Sequence record: NZ_CP026049.1
From: a plasmid
Length of the DNA stretch: 64,000 nt
Strand: one strand, 5' to 3'
Each line of letters starts with the position of its first letter. The stretch's first letter is position 1. The position numbers and the translations under genes are program-made. Under the pieces are notes generated by a model that had not been told where the DNA came from, did not search any database, and saw nothing but the letters and a program-made list of their open reading frames with translations. Positions 50,601-61,592 of the stretch are shown piece after piece.

Positions 50601-52895
50601 GCTGCTGCCGACAGAAAGCGACTGGGTGGTTTTCTGCCCGGGGCGCTGCACCGTCAGCTGCCCGTCCCCGGATTTGAGCACGGTGATGCTCTCACCACCC
50701 TTCAGCCGTGTATCGGGGATTTTTCCCAGCACGGCCAGACGCTCCCCTTCCGCCACCGGCAGTTTATCGGCCCGGAACAACGTCCACTGGCTGTCGACGG
50801 CGGAAACTTTCATATCCAGGCGCTCCCCTTCTTTGTCCTTCAGGGTCAGCATGTTGCTGCTGGCGGTCACCCGGTCAATGACAAAGCGGTCATGCTTCCG
50901 GGTCTCCGGGTCCCACCGCTCCATCACCATCCCTTCGCGGTAATAGTCCCGCACGCCCCGGCTTTTGCTGTCCAGCCACACCGGCGTCAGGGCGGTGACC
51001 GTCATCTCCTTCTCTCCGAGCACACCTTCATTTTTGAGGGTGTCGCGGATAACGCTGTTGAGCACATTCTGTTCACGCGTCCCGCTGATTTGCGCCACGC
51101 TTTCCTGTCCCTCACGCACGCTGGCGGCAAATTCCTGCGCCAGCAGGCTGTAGCGTGCCCCTTTGTCCGGCTCACTGATGATGTCTGCCGTCACCTGATG
51201 TCCACCCTGCCAGCGGTAGGTATTGACGCCGCTGTCCTTCAGAACCGTCAGCGCACTCCCCGTCCCGCTGCGTTTGCCGCTGTCAGAAAGCAGAACCTGA
51301 ACGTTATGGCGCATCGCGCCGTCGAGCAGGGAAATTGTCTCTTTCAGGCTCAGCTTCTCCGCCTGGTCAACGATAAGCGTCCCCCCCGGGATAAACGCGG
51401 TCCCGTCCTGCAGGGCGGATTTACCGGTCACCGTCTCCCCGGCCAGCCGCGCATCCCCGGCGAGAAAATCACGGGAGCGGTTATCAGCAGCAAGAATATG
51501 TACGTCGCGTCCCTGCTCCCGGGCCATGAGGGTCAGCTCGGCCACCCGCTCCCGCTGACCTGCCGCGCCACCCTGCCCGGAGACAATCCCCATCGCCGGC
51601 CGGTCCTGAGCCAGTACGCTGACCGCATCGCTGAAGGGGGCCTGACGGACAACAGACGCATCCGGCGTGACAGAGACGTGGTTCTGGCGCTGAACCTCCT
51701 GGCTCAGCGCTTTCACGGAGAGCTCATCCAGCACGTGGATATTCGAGGTGAAGAGACCTTTTTCCCGGTCAAGAGGAATAAGCTGCTCGCGCTCGATCGC
51801 CGCATCGATACCCGTTCTGGCCTGCTCAAACACACCGGGTTTTGCTTCCAGCTGGCTGACTGTGCGGGCCAGCAGGTCGGCGTAGGTGAACTGCACCTTC
51901 CGGTCGCTGAGACCGGCAATGGCTTTCGTGACCACGTCGCTGATATCAGGGCCGTCCGTTTTCACCGGACTGACTGGCGCACTGGCGAGCTCTGCTGCGC
52001 GCTTATCGGCATCCTCGCGGTAGCTGCGCATATCAAACCCGGTCTCCTTCATCGTGTTCATCCATTCCACCATCTTCTCGGCCGGATCGATGGCTGCTTT
52101 GGATTTGCGGGTATCGAGGGCGGCCACATCCCGTGACTTCAGAGAAGCGTCAGGACCCGCAGCCTCCCTGACCTCCTGAGTGCGTGTGGAAAACGGCTCG
52201 ACCGGAACCTCGTTCATCTCCCACATGCCGTGTTTGCCCACGACTTCGGTTTTGTAGCCAAGTATCTCAACGAGAGGTTTGAGCTCCTCCCGGTAGATTT
52301 TCCCGAAGGCTATCTGGTTCGCGTACACATTCTCGATAAAGCCCGTTTTCCCGACTGTATCAGTGCCAAGAGACTGCCACTTGTCCCCGTTCTGCGTCGC
52401 ATTCATGACGACGGCGTGAGTGTGCAACTGGGGCTCCTCGTTACGGTTCGTGTCGTGGGTGAATTTCGCCACAATAAGGTTACCGGTCAGCACAGTTTCG
52501 CTTTTTCCATCGGTCATCACGCGGGTGGCGGCCAGCGTTTCCACCTGCTGCAGCGCTTTTGTCACCGCCTGGTTATGGGCGTCAATAAGTCTTTTGTCTC
52601 CCCCCAACATCGCCATCACTGAGACACTTTTGGGCGCCGAAAAGGTCAGATCGTAGCCCGGGCGGTGCTTGTTGGTGCCGTCCTGCATCCGGGTCAGGTC
52701 GCTGCCGTCCGGCAGCTTTCCTTTCAGAATCTCTGTGAACACGGCCTTGTCGACCGGCTTCCCTTCCAGACCCAGTGCCTCAGCCCCTTTTCCCTGCCAG
52801 CGCTCATCCATGCTGCCGATAACGTAATAGTTATCCTTGTCCGTATAGTAGTTACCGGCGCTGCCCGCCGATTTTACGGAGCCAATCGACATCAT
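47625..52895 (-). CDS. traI: conjugative relaxase/helicase TraI (1756 aa)
   Basis: The N-terminal relaxase has Tyr motif NYYTDKDNYY and His motif HDTNRNEEPQLHTHAVV. RecD-like helicase domains follow. The length equals F TraI. Confidence 0.95.
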   Translation of the reverse strand: MMSIGSVKSAGSAGNYYTDKDNYYVIGSMDERWQGKGAEALGLEGKPVDKAVFTEILKGKLPDGSDLTRMQDGTNKHRPGYDLTFSAPKSVSVMAMLGGDKRLIDAHNQAVTKALQQVETLAATRVMTDGKSETVLTGNLIVAKFTHDTNRNEEPQLHTHAVVMNATQNGDKWQSLGTDTVGKTGFIENVYANQIAFGKIYREELKPLVEILGYKTEVVGKHGMWEMNEVPVEPFSTRTQEVREAAGPDASLKSRDVAALDTRKSKAAIDPAEKMVEWMNTMKETGFDMRSYREDADKRAAELASAPVSPVKTDGPDISDVVTKAIAGLSDRKVQFTYADLLARTVSQLEAKPGVFEQARTGIDAAIEREQLIPLDREKGLFTSNIHVLDELSVKALSQEVQRQNHVSVTPDASVVRQAPFSDAVSVLAQDRPAMGIVSGQGGAAGQRERVAELTLMAREQGRDVHILAADNRSRDFLAGDARLAGETVTGKSALQDGTAFIPGGTLIVDQAEKLSLKETISLLDGAMRHNVQVLLSDSGKRSGTGSALTVLKDSGVNTYRWQGGHQVTADIISEPDKGARYSLLAQEFAASVREGQESVAQISGTREQNVLNSVIRDTLKNEGVLGEKEMTVTALTPVWLDSKSRGVRDYYREGMVMERWDPETRKHDRFVIDRVTASSNMLTLKDKEGERLDMKVSAVDSQWTLFRADKLPVAEGERLAVLGKIPDTRLKGGESITVLKSGDGQLTVQRPGQKTTQSLSVGSSPFDGIEVGHGWVESPGRSVSETATVFASVTQRELDNATLNQLAQSGSHLRLYSAQDAARTMEKLARHTAFSVVSEQLKARSGETDLDAAIAQQKAGLHTPAEQAIHLSVPLLESDDLTFTRPQLLATALETGGGKVSMADIDTTIQAQIRSGQLLNVSVSSGHGNDLLISRQTWDAEKSILTRVLEGKDAVAPLMDRVPASLMTGLTAGQRASTRMILETPDRFTVVQGYAGVGKTTQFRAVTSAISLLPEETRPRVIGLAPTHRAVGEMQSAGVDARTTASFLHDTLLLLLLLRNGQTPDFSNTLFLIDESSMVGLSDKAKALSLIAAGGGRAVSSGDTDQLQSISPGQPFRLMQQRSAADVAIMKEIVRQVPELRPAVYSLIDRDVHRALTTIEQVTPEQVPRKEGAWAPGSSVVEFTRAQEKAIQEALKKGESVPAGQPATLYEALVKDYAGRTPEAQSQTLVITHLNKDRRALNGLIHDARRENGETGKEEITLPVLVTSNIRDGELRRLSTWTAHKEAVALVDNVYHRISKVDKDNQLITLTDSEGKERFISPREASAEGVTLYRREDITVSEGDRMRFSKSDPERGYVANSVWEVKSVSGDSVTFSDGKTSRTLNPKADEAQRHIDLAYAITAHGAQGASEPFAIALEGVAEGRKAMASFESAYVGLSRMKQHVQVYTDSREGWIKAINASPSKATAHDILAPRNDRAVHTAEQLFSRARPMNETAAGRAALQQSGLAKGISPGKFISPGKQYPQPHVALPVYDKNGKEAGIWLSSLTDSDGRLQVMGGVGRVMGNEDARFVALQGSRNGESLLAGNMGEGVRVARDNPDSGVVVRLAGDDRPWNPGAITGGRVWADPIPVVSPEAAGTDIPLPPEVLAQRAAEEAQRQNMEKQAEQTAREVAGDGRKAGESEDRVKEVIGDVIRGLEREKPGEEKMTLPDDPQTRKQEAAVQQVAQESLQRERLQQMERDMVRDLNREKTLGGD
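49719..49739. repeat. (CAG)7 trinucleotide tract inside traI, encoding Leu7 on the coding strand
   Basis: gcgcagcagcagcagcagcagcagcgtg yields …FLHDTLLLLLLLRNGQTPDF… at the position where F TraI has …DTRLQQRSGETPDF…. Confidence 0.8.
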
Positions 52896-55225
52896 CAGAA
52901 GTTCCCTCCGATCTCAATATCATCCTGCTCATCGCGGCGGTGGCTGTGATTGATATTGACCTCCTCGCGTCGCTGCATATCCCGCTGTGTCTGTTCACCG
53001 GCCAGCCAGGCGTCATAGGCATCCATATCTTCAATCACACCGTCGTCGTTCATCCCGGCCGGCAGCCTGTCCTGGCCCTGCTCTGTAGGCTGTTGCGCCA
53101 GTTCCTGCTCCGTCCCGCCTGCAGGCACAGTCGTTGCGCTGGTTGTGGATGCTGCGGTGGTAGCAACTGCAGCCGTGCCCGTTGCTGTCGCAGACCTGGG
53201 CCGGATTAACGGAACGGTCACCACTTTCGTGACCGGTGCCGCAGGCTCAGGAGTTTCAGGTGATTGACCGATCTCATCGGCAGCCGGCGTTTTGGCTGTT
53301 GCCGGTACTTTGACTGTCGCAGGCGATTCGATGCTTTCCGCAGGCTGACTTTGCTCAGGTGTATTCCCGACTTTTACGTCTTTCTCAGCTGGATCAGGCG
53401 CCGGTGCATCCGGCGTAAACAGCGCCCTTGCAAGACTACCTTCGGCTTCCCGGGCTTCCAGCAGGGCACTGAGTCGTGTATCCACCCGCGTATCGAGAGA
53501 GCGCTGAATAAATCCCTCGGCAATTTTCGGACGTGGTTTGTACTTCAGGGCCAGCTTCACGGCCGGATACGGCCCGGGCAGCGTGACATAGCAGGACAGG
53601 TCCGGGAGTGTCTGAATATCCGAGTAACTGACCAGCGTTTCACGCTCTTTTTCTTTCCCGGTCGACACCCCGTCACGTACCGGGTCAGCCCCGTAGGAAT
53701 ACTGTTCGCTGGCCTTGAGGATTTCTTTCTCACCAATTTCACCGGTAGCAAACTCGGCAATCTCTTTACTCGGGGAGCGGAAGAAGGCCCGGGTGTTCAT
53801 CACGTCAAAGAGCGTGGCGGCTGGCTTAACACCGTAGATATCTTCCAGCTGGGCATAAGACTGAATACCAAAGACATAACAGCCACCAAACTTACGGGCT
53901 TCCGGAAGGATTTCGACCAGGTCAGGTAATTTGTGAAGCGTGGGCAATTCATCAGCGAAAATCCACACGCGCCGGTTACGGTTCTCCCCCATAGCCAGAA
54001 GGCCACGAATGGCAATCGACAGCCACATCGAGATAACCGGCTTCAGGGAGGCATGGGTGTCAGCATTGGAGGAAATAAACAGCCAGCCATTGGGCCGGTC
54101 CTCACGGACACCGCGCATCCAGTCCCTGATGGTGAACGGCTCGCCGTTCTTCTCAATGCCCTGCAGGTAGCGAATGGCCTTGACGTAGTTGGTCAGCACC
54201 GCACGAATACTAATGGCGGTTTTCTCAATCTTCTCTTCCACCAGGTTCGCCGCCGGCGTGTTCTGCAGATAGGCGCGCAGCTTGTCGATTTTGATGGAGA
54301 GCATCGTATCAACCAGCTTCTCGTAGCTGCGGTCCTTGTCCTCACGCATCAGGTAGGCGCCTTCAGCAAAGATAGTGCGACCAGAGCCCTGCCAGAACGG
54401 GTCCTCTTTGGTCCCCATCGGAATAAGGGTATTAGAGATGTTGTCGAAGTCAGGCAGCGACAGACACTCTTTCCACAAATCCCAGGCGGCGCAGCGCGAA
54501 TCCAGCGGGTTGAGGATTTTATCCAGCGACGGGTCGTAATAGCTTTTGACAAACTCACAGGAGCGGTCGTAAATAATCGCCATGTCCCCCCTGGCCCGAA
54601 CGTAATTCAGCAGCCGGCGGATGACCTCGGATTTACCGGAACCGACGGTACCGTGGAGACAGAAGTTCTGAATTTCGGAGTTAAGCAATATCGGTAAGTC
54701 ACCGATTTTAATGTCGGAGGCCATACCGTCACGCTTCATCTGGCGGGCCACTTCTTTGGGCTTATCGGAAAGCTGGCGCCCGCCGGTATTCTCATCCTCG
54801 CTCTGCTGTTTACCCTGACGGCCCAGTACCCAGCTGGCGACAAAGAACGTCACGATACAGATGACGAGAGAAACCACGGCAGCGAGCACAAAACTGGTCC
54901 ACAGCTGCTCCCCACACCAGATAGTGTATTTATCGGCCAGGATTTGTTCCGCATTATATTCCAGTGATCTGCCGTAGTAATTAATCGTATAGACCGGCTG
55001 GGAGCGAATGATATCGCGCATGGGTGCCAGGGTGGTACACCACCAGTACACGCAGCCATTCACAAAGGTCTGCCAGCTGAGCCGGTACATCAGCATCAGT
55101 CCACACAAAACCCAGAAAATAATAAACAGCACATAGAATATAATATTGGCAATCTGGCCAAACATGCGAAAGCGCATATTGGCAATCTGACCACCCTGGG
55201 TCATATCCTTGGCATTAAAACTCAT
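52895..55225 (-). CDS. traD: type IV coupling protein TraD
   Basis: [22 protein letters not shown]… matches F TraD. Walker A GTVGSGKS is present. The C-terminus lacks the F QQP repeats. Confidence 0.95.
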   Translation of the reverse strand: MSFNAKDMTQGGQIANMRFRMFGQIANIIFYVLFIIFWVLCGLMLMYRLSWQTFVNGCVYWWCTTLAPMRDIIRSQPVYTINYYGRSLEYNAEQILADKYTIWCGEQLWTSFVLAAVVSLVICIVTFFVASWVLGRQGKQQSEDENTGGRQLSDKPKEVARQMKRDGMASDIKIGDLPILLNSEIQNFCLHGTVGSGKSEVIRRLLNYVRARGDMAIIYDRSCEFVKSYYDPSLDKILNPLDSRCAAWDLWKECLSLPDFDNISNTLIPMGTKEDPFWQGSGRTIFAEGAYLMREDKDRSYEKLVDTMLSIKIDKLRAYLQNTPAANLVEEKIEKTAISIRAVLTNYVKAIRYLQGIEKNGEPFTIRDWMRGVREDRPNGWLFISSNADTHASLKPVISMWLSIAIRGLLAMGENRNRRVWIFADELPTLHKLPDLVEILPEARKFGGCYVFGIQSYAQLEDIYGVKPAATLFDVMNTRAFFRSPSKEIAEFATGEIGEKEILKASEQYSYGADPVRDGVSTGKEKERETLVSYSDIQTLPDLSCYVTLPGPYPAVKLALKYKPRPKIAEGFIQRSLDTRVDTRLSALLEAREAEGSLARALFTPDAPAPDPAEKDVKVGNTPEQSQPAESIESPATVKVPATAKTPAADEIGQSPETPEPAAPVTKVVTVPLIRPRSATATGTAAVATTAASTTSATTVPAGGTEQELAQQPTEQGQDRLPAGMNDDGVIEDMDAYDAWLAGEQTQRDMQRREEVNINHSHRRDEQDDIEIGGNF

Positions 55226-55418
55226 AATCATTGCCCTTAAATACAAAGCGAAGAAATATTCCGGCAGCAGCCGGCAACGCCTCGCAGGCGCACAAATAAA
55301 TTGCGCACCTGTTCACCGTTCTGGAGGGTTAAACCTGATACAAAATGAATGAAAGCTGACTGGCAGGAAGACGTTCTGTCAGCATGGCCCGGAGTGTCCG
55401 GGCCCGGGAATGATTAAA

Positions 55419-56150
55419 CTACAGAATATTAGCGACGGATTTTGCCAGCTGGTCTTCAAGAACCGGCTGGGCTTCCGGGAATTTCAGATTCACTTTATTG
55501 GCGTTAGAGACAACACGTGTCTGGTATTTATGCTGATTACCGGTTTCAGTGCTGGTCTGCACTTTAGCCCCGGAGGTCCCTTGTCGTAATACCGCGACGT
55601 TATCCGTCTGCACCTGCGTTTTCGCGCGCTCTGAAATCTGCACATCGGTGATCATCGTGTAATTCACGTCTTCCACCATTGCGTCAGCCGCCATACCGAC
55701 CAGACCTGCCGCCAGGCCGACACCGAGAGTCGCGCCTGCTGAACTGGAGTTATAGGCGGTGATCCCCGCACCCAGTGCGCCCGCGGTTGCTGCACCTTCA
55801 TAACCCCGACTTAACCAGCCCTGGGTTTCACGAAGATCCATCTTGTCGGCCTTCAGGACATTCGCCTGTATCCAGTAGCCCGCCGTATCAGGATTGCTGA
55901 CTACCTGATAGCCCTTAGCAGTGACCGCACTGGTAATTTTAGACTGGAGCCCGCTCATGTCTTTATCGGAGGTATTTTTTATTTGCAGATAAACTGTCTT
56001 ATTATTTGACGGTTCAAGCCAGATTGTTTCGCTCATCTGGGTTTTGACTTCCAGATTACGCTTTTTAATTGCGGTCCCCATTGCACTACAACCCGAAAGT
56101 ACCAGTGCAGAACTGACGACCATCACAGCCATGACTTTATTAAGTTTCAT
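55419..56150 (-). CDS. traT: surface exclusion/serum resistance lipoprotein TraT
   Basis: [21 protein letters not shown]… has a lipobox and near-identity to F TraT over the mature protein. Confidence 0.95.
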   Translation of the reverse strand: MKLNKVMAVMVVSSALVLSGCSAMGTAIKKRNLEVKTQMSETIWLEPSNNKTVYLQIKNTSDKDMSGLQSKITSAVTAKGYQVVSNPDTAGYWIQANVLKADKMDLRETQGWLSRGYEGAATAGALGAGITAYNSSSAGATLGVGLAAGLVGMAADAMVEDVNYTMITDVQISERAKTQVQTDNVAVLRQGTSGAKVQTSTETGNQHKYQTRVVSNANKVNLKFPEAQPVLEDQLAKSVANIL

Positions 56151-56344
56151 CCTGAATCCTTGTGACATAATCAATATGAATGATACACGCTCTCTTTTAT
56201 TAAAAAGCGCGCGTTTACTATAACGAAATTTTAAAAGAAAGGGAGCAGGGAACTACAAATACAACAATCAATAATAATCAAACAAAAACTTCAGCCTATG
56301 AATAGGCTACTAAATTTGATAGTCAATAACATTTAAATAAGTTG

Positions 56345-56959
56345 CTAATCGTGCCGATCAATTCCATATGGATTTCCAGAAACATCGACATTCCCAATCA
56401 TTGGAAGACCATTCGCGGGATTGACCTCATCAATACTAAATCTAGTATGACTAACACTTTCATGAAACCACTCAGGTTCAGATACTGATGAATCAAAGCC
56501 ATCTGGAGCTACGCTAAAGTCATTCCGATTATGATTAAATGATGTTGAAGAACCACCTCCCTGTAATTCATTGGCATCAAATATATCTCTTTGCATATCA
56601 AATGATTTCAAGCTGACCACTTTACCATTACTACTTTTAACGCCATAACCATGAGAACCAATTTTTTTTAATGAAAAAAAAGCAAACTGAACGTTTAGTA
56701 TATACAAGGGGTACATAACAATAGCAAACATACAAAACACTGGACCAAATAGAGAGAAAACAGAAACAATCATTAAGCCGACAATGCTCTTATCTTTCCC
56801 CAATGCTTGTTTTTTGTTTTTACCTATCTGATAGAACGCATAGTTAAAAACAATCAACCACATCAAGGAAGCACATACCATGAAAAGAGTTTCAGGAAGT
56901 TGCCATCCAGCCAGAACACAAGACACATATTGGATCACTATCAAAAAAATAGATTTCAT
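56345..56959 (-). CDS. traS: entry exclusion inner-membrane protein TraS (plasmid-specific variant)
   Basis: It lies between traG and traT. It has a hydrophobic N-terminal half and a variable sequence, as expected for TraS. Confidence 0.65.
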   Translation of the reverse strand: MKSIFLIVIQYVSCVLAGWQLPETLFMVCASLMWLIVFNYAFYQIGKNKKQALGKDKSIVGLMIVSVFSLFGPVFCMFAIVMYPLYILNVQFAFFSLKKIGSHGYGVKSSNGKVVSLKSFDMQRDIFDANELQGGGSSTSFNHNRNDFSVAPDGFDSSVSEPEWFHESVSHTRFSIDEVNPANGLPMIGNVDVSGNPYGIDRHD

Positions 56960-56984
56960 AGCTTACCTCCTAAACCTTCCATCC

Positions 56985-59807
56985 TTATGGTTTATGCTTT
57001 TCCTGATAGTCGCGAGCCTTATTTAGTAGCTCATCTCTAGTATCAGCTCCAGGGAGCGATTTCTGCTCATCCTTTTTCCCATTGTATTCATTTTCCATTT
57101 TATTTCCTTCCGATTTATGATTATTTTTCAGGTCGGTGTGTTGTCCTTTCACGTCATCTCCCTGATGCTGGATTCCCTGATGTGCATCCTGATGCGCCTG
57201 TTTGTTTTGAGACACCATGTTATCAACCGTTTGTACCACATTATCCTTAATACCTGCGTCCTTAGTCATGGCATCTATTGACCCTGAATGCTGCGCATAA
57301 TCAGATGTAACAGTGTTATGTCCCCCACTGCCTGACACTCCCGGCATGTTTTGCCCAATACTTCCTCTCGCCTCCTGATAGGCGCCATCAACTTTAGGCT
57401 CTACCTGCTCTTTAACAAATTCACGGGCCAGCGCTTCTCGCTGTGCAGCCACTTCCGGCGAACTGGTATTTGTCAGGATAGCTTCCGCATTCTGCGGAGA
57501 GCGCTGTTGGACAAAGTTTGCAAACTGCTGCGTCAGATTCTCGCTCATCTGGCCACTCATGCTTTCGGTACGTGACGCCATTTCACTGAATTCATGGCTG
57601 CGTGTACGGCTGTTTGTATATTGGTCGTAGCTGTTTTTCGCACTTGAAAGTGAAGCAGAGAATTGGTCCACGCGGGAGCTGGCATTATTATCTGTCGCAT
57701 TTCCTGATGTGCTGGTTTTCTTGCTAGTAAGGTAATCAGAGGACTCTCTGAAATCTTTTACTGCCTGACTACTGGTATCATGATTATCAGTATTTGTTTT
57801 ACGACCGGATTCACTAACATTGTCTTGTGAGCCCGAACTCGCAGTACCGCTTACTGAAGCCCTTACACCGCCTTCAATATGTCCACCATTTCCAAATAAC
57901 TCCATGCCACCCTTCATACTGGCACCGCCATACATTTCGCCGGAAACAGCACCTTTAACTGATTTATCCATAAGCTGACTAAATGCTTCATCTCTACTTA
58001 TGTGGTTTGATTTAGCATATGAATCAACAGCATTCCACATTTTGCTTTTCGCCATCGAATCCTGCGATGATTCGGTATTATCGGCCCCGGTGGTGGTTGA
58101 CGCGCTGGTTCCCATATTGGTGCCAAACTGCTTCAGGCGGTTCCAGGCGCTCGTTACGCTGCTGTTATAGCCCTGCAGTGAGCTCTCTGCCTGGACGTCA
58201 GATTCACGTGCCATCTGCTGCTGTGCACTGGCTATCTGTCGGCCAACATTGATATCCACTGGGAGTTTTGACATGGCGCCGCTGCTGTCCCAGACCATCG
58301 TTCCATCCCGGGTCTGCGTACCCATGCCACCGTTCCCCAGTTGCCGGGACATCTGCCCAAAGGCTGTGTTGCTGTTGGTGTTCCAGCTGTTTCCGCTGAC
58401 ATTATCCGTCTGCATATTTGAGAACGAGTAATTCCCGTCCACCACACTGGATGAAGCCTGCGACGTGGAGCTGAGACCGGACGAAGCAAAATGGCTGTAC
58501 GCGCTGGAGAAGCCCGCTCCCATGCTTTTGATCATCGCCCAGGTTAACGGAGGGATCATCATGGAGATGTAGCCCGCGGTCGTGGCAATATCTGAGTTCT
58601 TCAGTTGGAGCTGAGAGAGCTCGGACAACACCACTGGTACGCCATTCTGTTTTGCATAATAAGCCATCGCACTGTTCAAAATGGCATACAGCAGGGGCCA
58701 TGACTGCAGCCACATCAGGGCATAAATGTACCCTTTCAGCACCTGCATCGTCATCATGTTGAACATGGCGGCCATCACCATGATTGGAAACAGACCAATC
58801 ATAATTCCCATCACTACCGTCTGCATCATCGGCAGGGAGCGTAACGCCTGGTGTCCCATAGTCGCCTGGGCCAGGCGCTGCTTTTCCAGCGAAGAGGTGT
58901 TAGCAATGTTGACCAGGCTGGCCGTATCCCCGCTGCGGGCCGCATAGCTCTGTATAGCGCTGCGAAGGGCATTCATGGTGACGTTCTGACGGATAATCTG
59001 TCCCGCACTCTGCCCGGAGCTGTAGAAGTAGTTATAGGAATCACCGATCATCTGGCTGAACAGTACGTCCGAATTAGGTTTTCCACCAAACAGTTGACGA
59101 ACGTAGTAGCTCCAGGTTTTCCCGCCAGTCTGGGTATCCAGCGCCAGAGCTGCCTTCAAATCCCGTGAGGCTTCCTGGCAGGTCCTGAACTGATTGTTTT
59201 TATCAAACACCCCGCGCAGCGGGCTGGGATTTGAAAAAATAATGGTGTACGGATCTGGGGAGTTCAGTAGTTCTTCAAACGAGTATTTATGGTTCAGGAA
59301 AATATCGCCCATCACGCAGTTCTGCACATAGTCGGAGAACAGAGTGGTAATCTCCGGGTTCTGAGAGATAAAGTCGGTACTTTTTGCCACCAGATTACTG
59401 CCAAACAACATCCCCGTCTTGCTGTATGTCACGCTGTCGGGCAGCGAGAAAATCATCTCATAGCCCTGTATCAGGGCGTTCCCGACACGCGTGGTGAGTG
59501 ACGCGGGAATAGCCAGACCTATCGGGACGTTGTCGACCTGATAGACCTGAGAGACATTGCTGTAATCGATAATCTGCACAGGTTTACGAATGACGACCAG
59601 CATCGAGACCAGCGTCAGGGCAAACACCCAACCAACCAAATCCATGATGTTATGCTTTTTCACCCAACTGCAGGCGACAATCAGCACGGAAAAGGCGATA
59701 CACATTTTCTCGATGGAAGACCAGGTACCGGTACTCATGAAAGCAGCAATGGCATTCAGGTTTCCCCGAAACCAGTCCCCGCCGGCTATCGTGTAGATTT
59801 CCAGCAT
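56985..59807 (-). CDS. traG: mating-pair stabilisation/entry-exclusion protein TraG (940 aa)
   Basis: It is collinear with F TraG, including the low-complexity C-terminal domain. Confidence 0.95.
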   Translation of the reverse strand: MLEIYTIAGGDWFRGNLNAIAAFMSTGTWSSIEKMCIAFSVLIVACSWVKKHNIMDLVGWVFALTLVSMLVVIRKPVQIIDYSNVSQVYQVDNVPIGLAIPASLTTRVGNALIQGYEMIFSLPDSVTYSKTGMLFGSNLVAKSTDFISQNPEITTLFSDYVQNCVMGDIFLNHKYSFEELLNSPDPYTIIFSNPSPLRGVFDKNNQFRTCQEASRDLKAALALDTQTGGKTWSYYVRQLFGGKPNSDVLFSQMIGDSYNYFYSSGQSAGQIIRQNVTMNALRSAIQSYAARSGDTASLVNIANTSSLEKQRLAQATMGHQALRSLPMMQTVVMGIMIGLFPIMVMAAMFNMMTMQVLKGYIYALMWLQSWPLLYAILNSAMAYYAKQNGVPVVLSELSQLQLKNSDIATTAGYISMMIPPLTWAMIKSMGAGFSSAYSHFASSGLSSTSQASSSVVDGNYSFSNMQTDNVSGNSWNTNSNTAFGQMSRQLGNGGMGTQTRDGTMVWDSSGAMSKLPVDINVGRQIASAQQQMARESDVQAESSLQGYNSSVTSAWNRLKQFGTNMGTSASTTTGADNTESSQDSMAKSKMWNAVDSYAKSNHISRDEAFSQLMDKSVKGAVSGEMYGGASMKGGMELFGNGGHIEGGVRASVSGTASSGSQDNVSESGRKTNTDNHDTSSQAVKDFRESSDYLTSKKTSTSGNATDNNASSRVDQFSASLSSAKNSYDQYTNSRTRSHEFSEMASRTESMSGQMSENLTQQFANFVQQRSPQNAEAILTNTSSPEVAAQREALAREFVKEQVEPKVDGAYQEARGSIGQNMPGVSGSGGHNTVTSDYAQHSGSIDAMTKDAGIKDNVVQTVDNMVSQNKQAHQDAHQGIQHQGDDVKGQHTDLKNNHKSEGNKMENEYNGKKDEQKSLPGADTRDELLNKARDYQEKHKP

Positions 59808-61177
59808 CAGAGGCTTCCTCCGAAGTGATAGTTATTCTGGTAGCGGGTCATCATGCGGGCAGAGACCTGCTGACGCATGTAACTCATCTGCCGGTCAACA
59901 ACCAGTAACGCGTCCTGCTGGACCTGGACACGTTGCTGGAAGGCGGCAATCTGCACACTGGCCTGGTTCAGGTTTTCGAGGATCATATCCATTGTCGACT
60001 GGGGATAATTCCCGGTTGCGACCATTGCGCGGGCCTGCTGGATCAGCTCCTGGATGTACTGCAGCAGAATGTCGTAGCCGATATAGTCCGTCAGCTGGTA
60101 GATAAGCGTGTTAGATACGCCCAGCATCTGCGGGTCGACCAGGTATTTGAATACCGGGATGGTGGTGCTGGAGATGAACCCTTTCTCCTGCTCCGTGAGT
60201 TTTTCATCCGCCACAGCCTTATTCTGGATACTACTCAGAAGGGTGGAGATCTGGTTCTTGAGCGCCTTGTTTGCAGCGATGGTGACCGTGGCGTCGGCGA
60301 CAACCTTGAGGCACTTATCCGAATCATTGCAGTGGTAAATCCTGGCTGTCCCGCCCTCCATCATTGCCTTAATCAGGTCCTGGTCCGTAGTGCGTGCCGG
60401 CAGCGGCGTAATTTCACTGTTTTCGCCAAAAATAAGGGTGCCGGTTAGTGTCATCACAAACTCTTTCAATTCCTTGTTGCCATCAAAGAGGCGATTTTTT
60501 GACAGGGCATTCCACATGACATTGATGTTCTTCATGACCCGCTCCTTGTCCTTGTCGCTGGCTTTGTCCTGTACCTTGTCCATCTGCCCGCCCACCGAAC
60601 AGCCCTGCCGAGAAGCAGCCCAGTCCGAGAAGATGTTGCTCTCGCCGGCGATGTCCTGGCAGACTTTCTGCTGCGCCACCTGAGTGCGAGGAAACAGACC
60701 GCCCACAATGCCCTGTGCGGCCTGGCAGGAACTGAGGTTCATGCTGTTGATGTCGCTGGCCATCTTCTGCAGAAAATCTTTCGCGGTTTTAATCTCAGGA
60801 ACAGTCGTCTGCAGTGCCAGATCAAAAAAGTAACCAACGGAATTACTCATAATTTGTTTGCCGAATCGCTGTATCTGCTCGCTGTTGATAAAGGAGAACG
60901 AGCCCAGATACGCATCGATACCACCGCAGCCAGCGTTAATATCCGGCAGGGTCATGCTGACCAGTTGGATGGTTTTCACCTGCGTCCTTGCATACAGCGA
61001 ACCGCCGGAAGCGTAACCTGCCGCCTGCCCCTGCCAGACTTGTGGCTGAGACGTATTGGAGGCAAACCCGAGCTTATTGAAGAAGTTGTTCATGTCGCCG
61101 TTAACATCTGCGGCCGCCGTAAATGACATCCCCAGCAACATCCCGCAAAGCACTGATAATGGTTTACGAATGAGCAT
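59807..61177 (-). CDS. traH: pilus assembly protein TraH (456 aa)
   Basis: It has a signal peptide and TraH family length and position. Confidence 0.9.
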   Translation of the reverse strand: MLIRKPLSVLCGMLLGMSFTAAADVNGDMNNFFNKLGFASNTSQPQVWQGQAAGYASGGSLYARTQVKTIQLVSMTLPDINAGCGGIDAYLGSFSFINSEQIQRFGKQIMSNSVGYFFDLALQTTVPEIKTAKDFLQKMASDINSMNLSSCQAAQGIVGGLFPRTQVAQQKVCQDIAGESNIFSDWAASRQGCSVGGQMDKVQDKASDKDKERVMKNINVMWNALSKNRLFDGNKELKEFVMTLTGTLIFGENSEITPLPARTTDQDLIKAMMEGGTARIYHCNDSDKCLKVVADATVTIAANKALKNQISTLLSSIQNKAVADEKLTEQEKGFISSTTIPVFKYLVDPQMLGVSNTLIYQLTDYIGYDILLQYIQELIQQARAMVATGNYPQSTMDMILENLNQASVQIAAFQQRVQVQQDALLVVDRQMSYMRQQVSARMMTRYQNNYHFGGSL

Positions 61178-61592
61178 GAGGCCCTCCTTCTTTCATTTTA
61201 TTTTTCCGTCCGTGGACGCGGTTTAAATATCGCTGGAAGCTTTTTTCAAAGGCATACTCAAACCAGAAAGCCAGTTCAGCCATCAGTACTCCCAGCAAAG
61301 CCGTTGCCAGACAACCAATGGAAAGTGAAAAAAGAATAAAGGGCACGAAATACATCAGGGCATTCAAAATATCCATTACGTTCTTTGCCGTCCCCAGTTT
61401 TTCCGGCGGGGTTAACAGGTCAGACAATAAACCGAAATACGCATGGCTTCCCCACCACAGGCACAATCCGGAAAAACCAAACATAAAAGCGAGACAATAA
61501 TAAACATCGAATCTCTTTTGCCGTGATAGCTTCAGGCGTTTATTTCTTTCCAGTACGGGTAACGAAGAATATATTTTGTTGAGACTATCCAT
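61164..61592 (-). CDS. small membrane protein in the trbJ/trbF position (142 aa)
   Basis: It is a single ORF where F has trbJ+trbF. It has 3-4 predicted TM segments and overlaps both neighbours. Confidence 0.5.
   Translation of the reverse strand: MDSLNKIYSSLPVLERNKRLKLSRQKRFDVYYCLAFMFGFSGLCLWWGSHAYFGLLSDLLTPPEKLGTAKNVMDILNALMYFVPFILFSLSIGCLATALLGVLMAELAFWFEYAFEKSFQRYLNRVHGRKNKMKEGGPHAHS

Noticed and set aside
49746-52136. 796-aa plus-strand ORF (and neighbours 50167-50943, 49005-49920) inside traI
   Set aside because: It is antisense to the well-supported traI CDS. Long stop-free antisense frames are expected in GC-rich DNA. The translation is Arg/Pro/Gly-rich with no recognisable domain.
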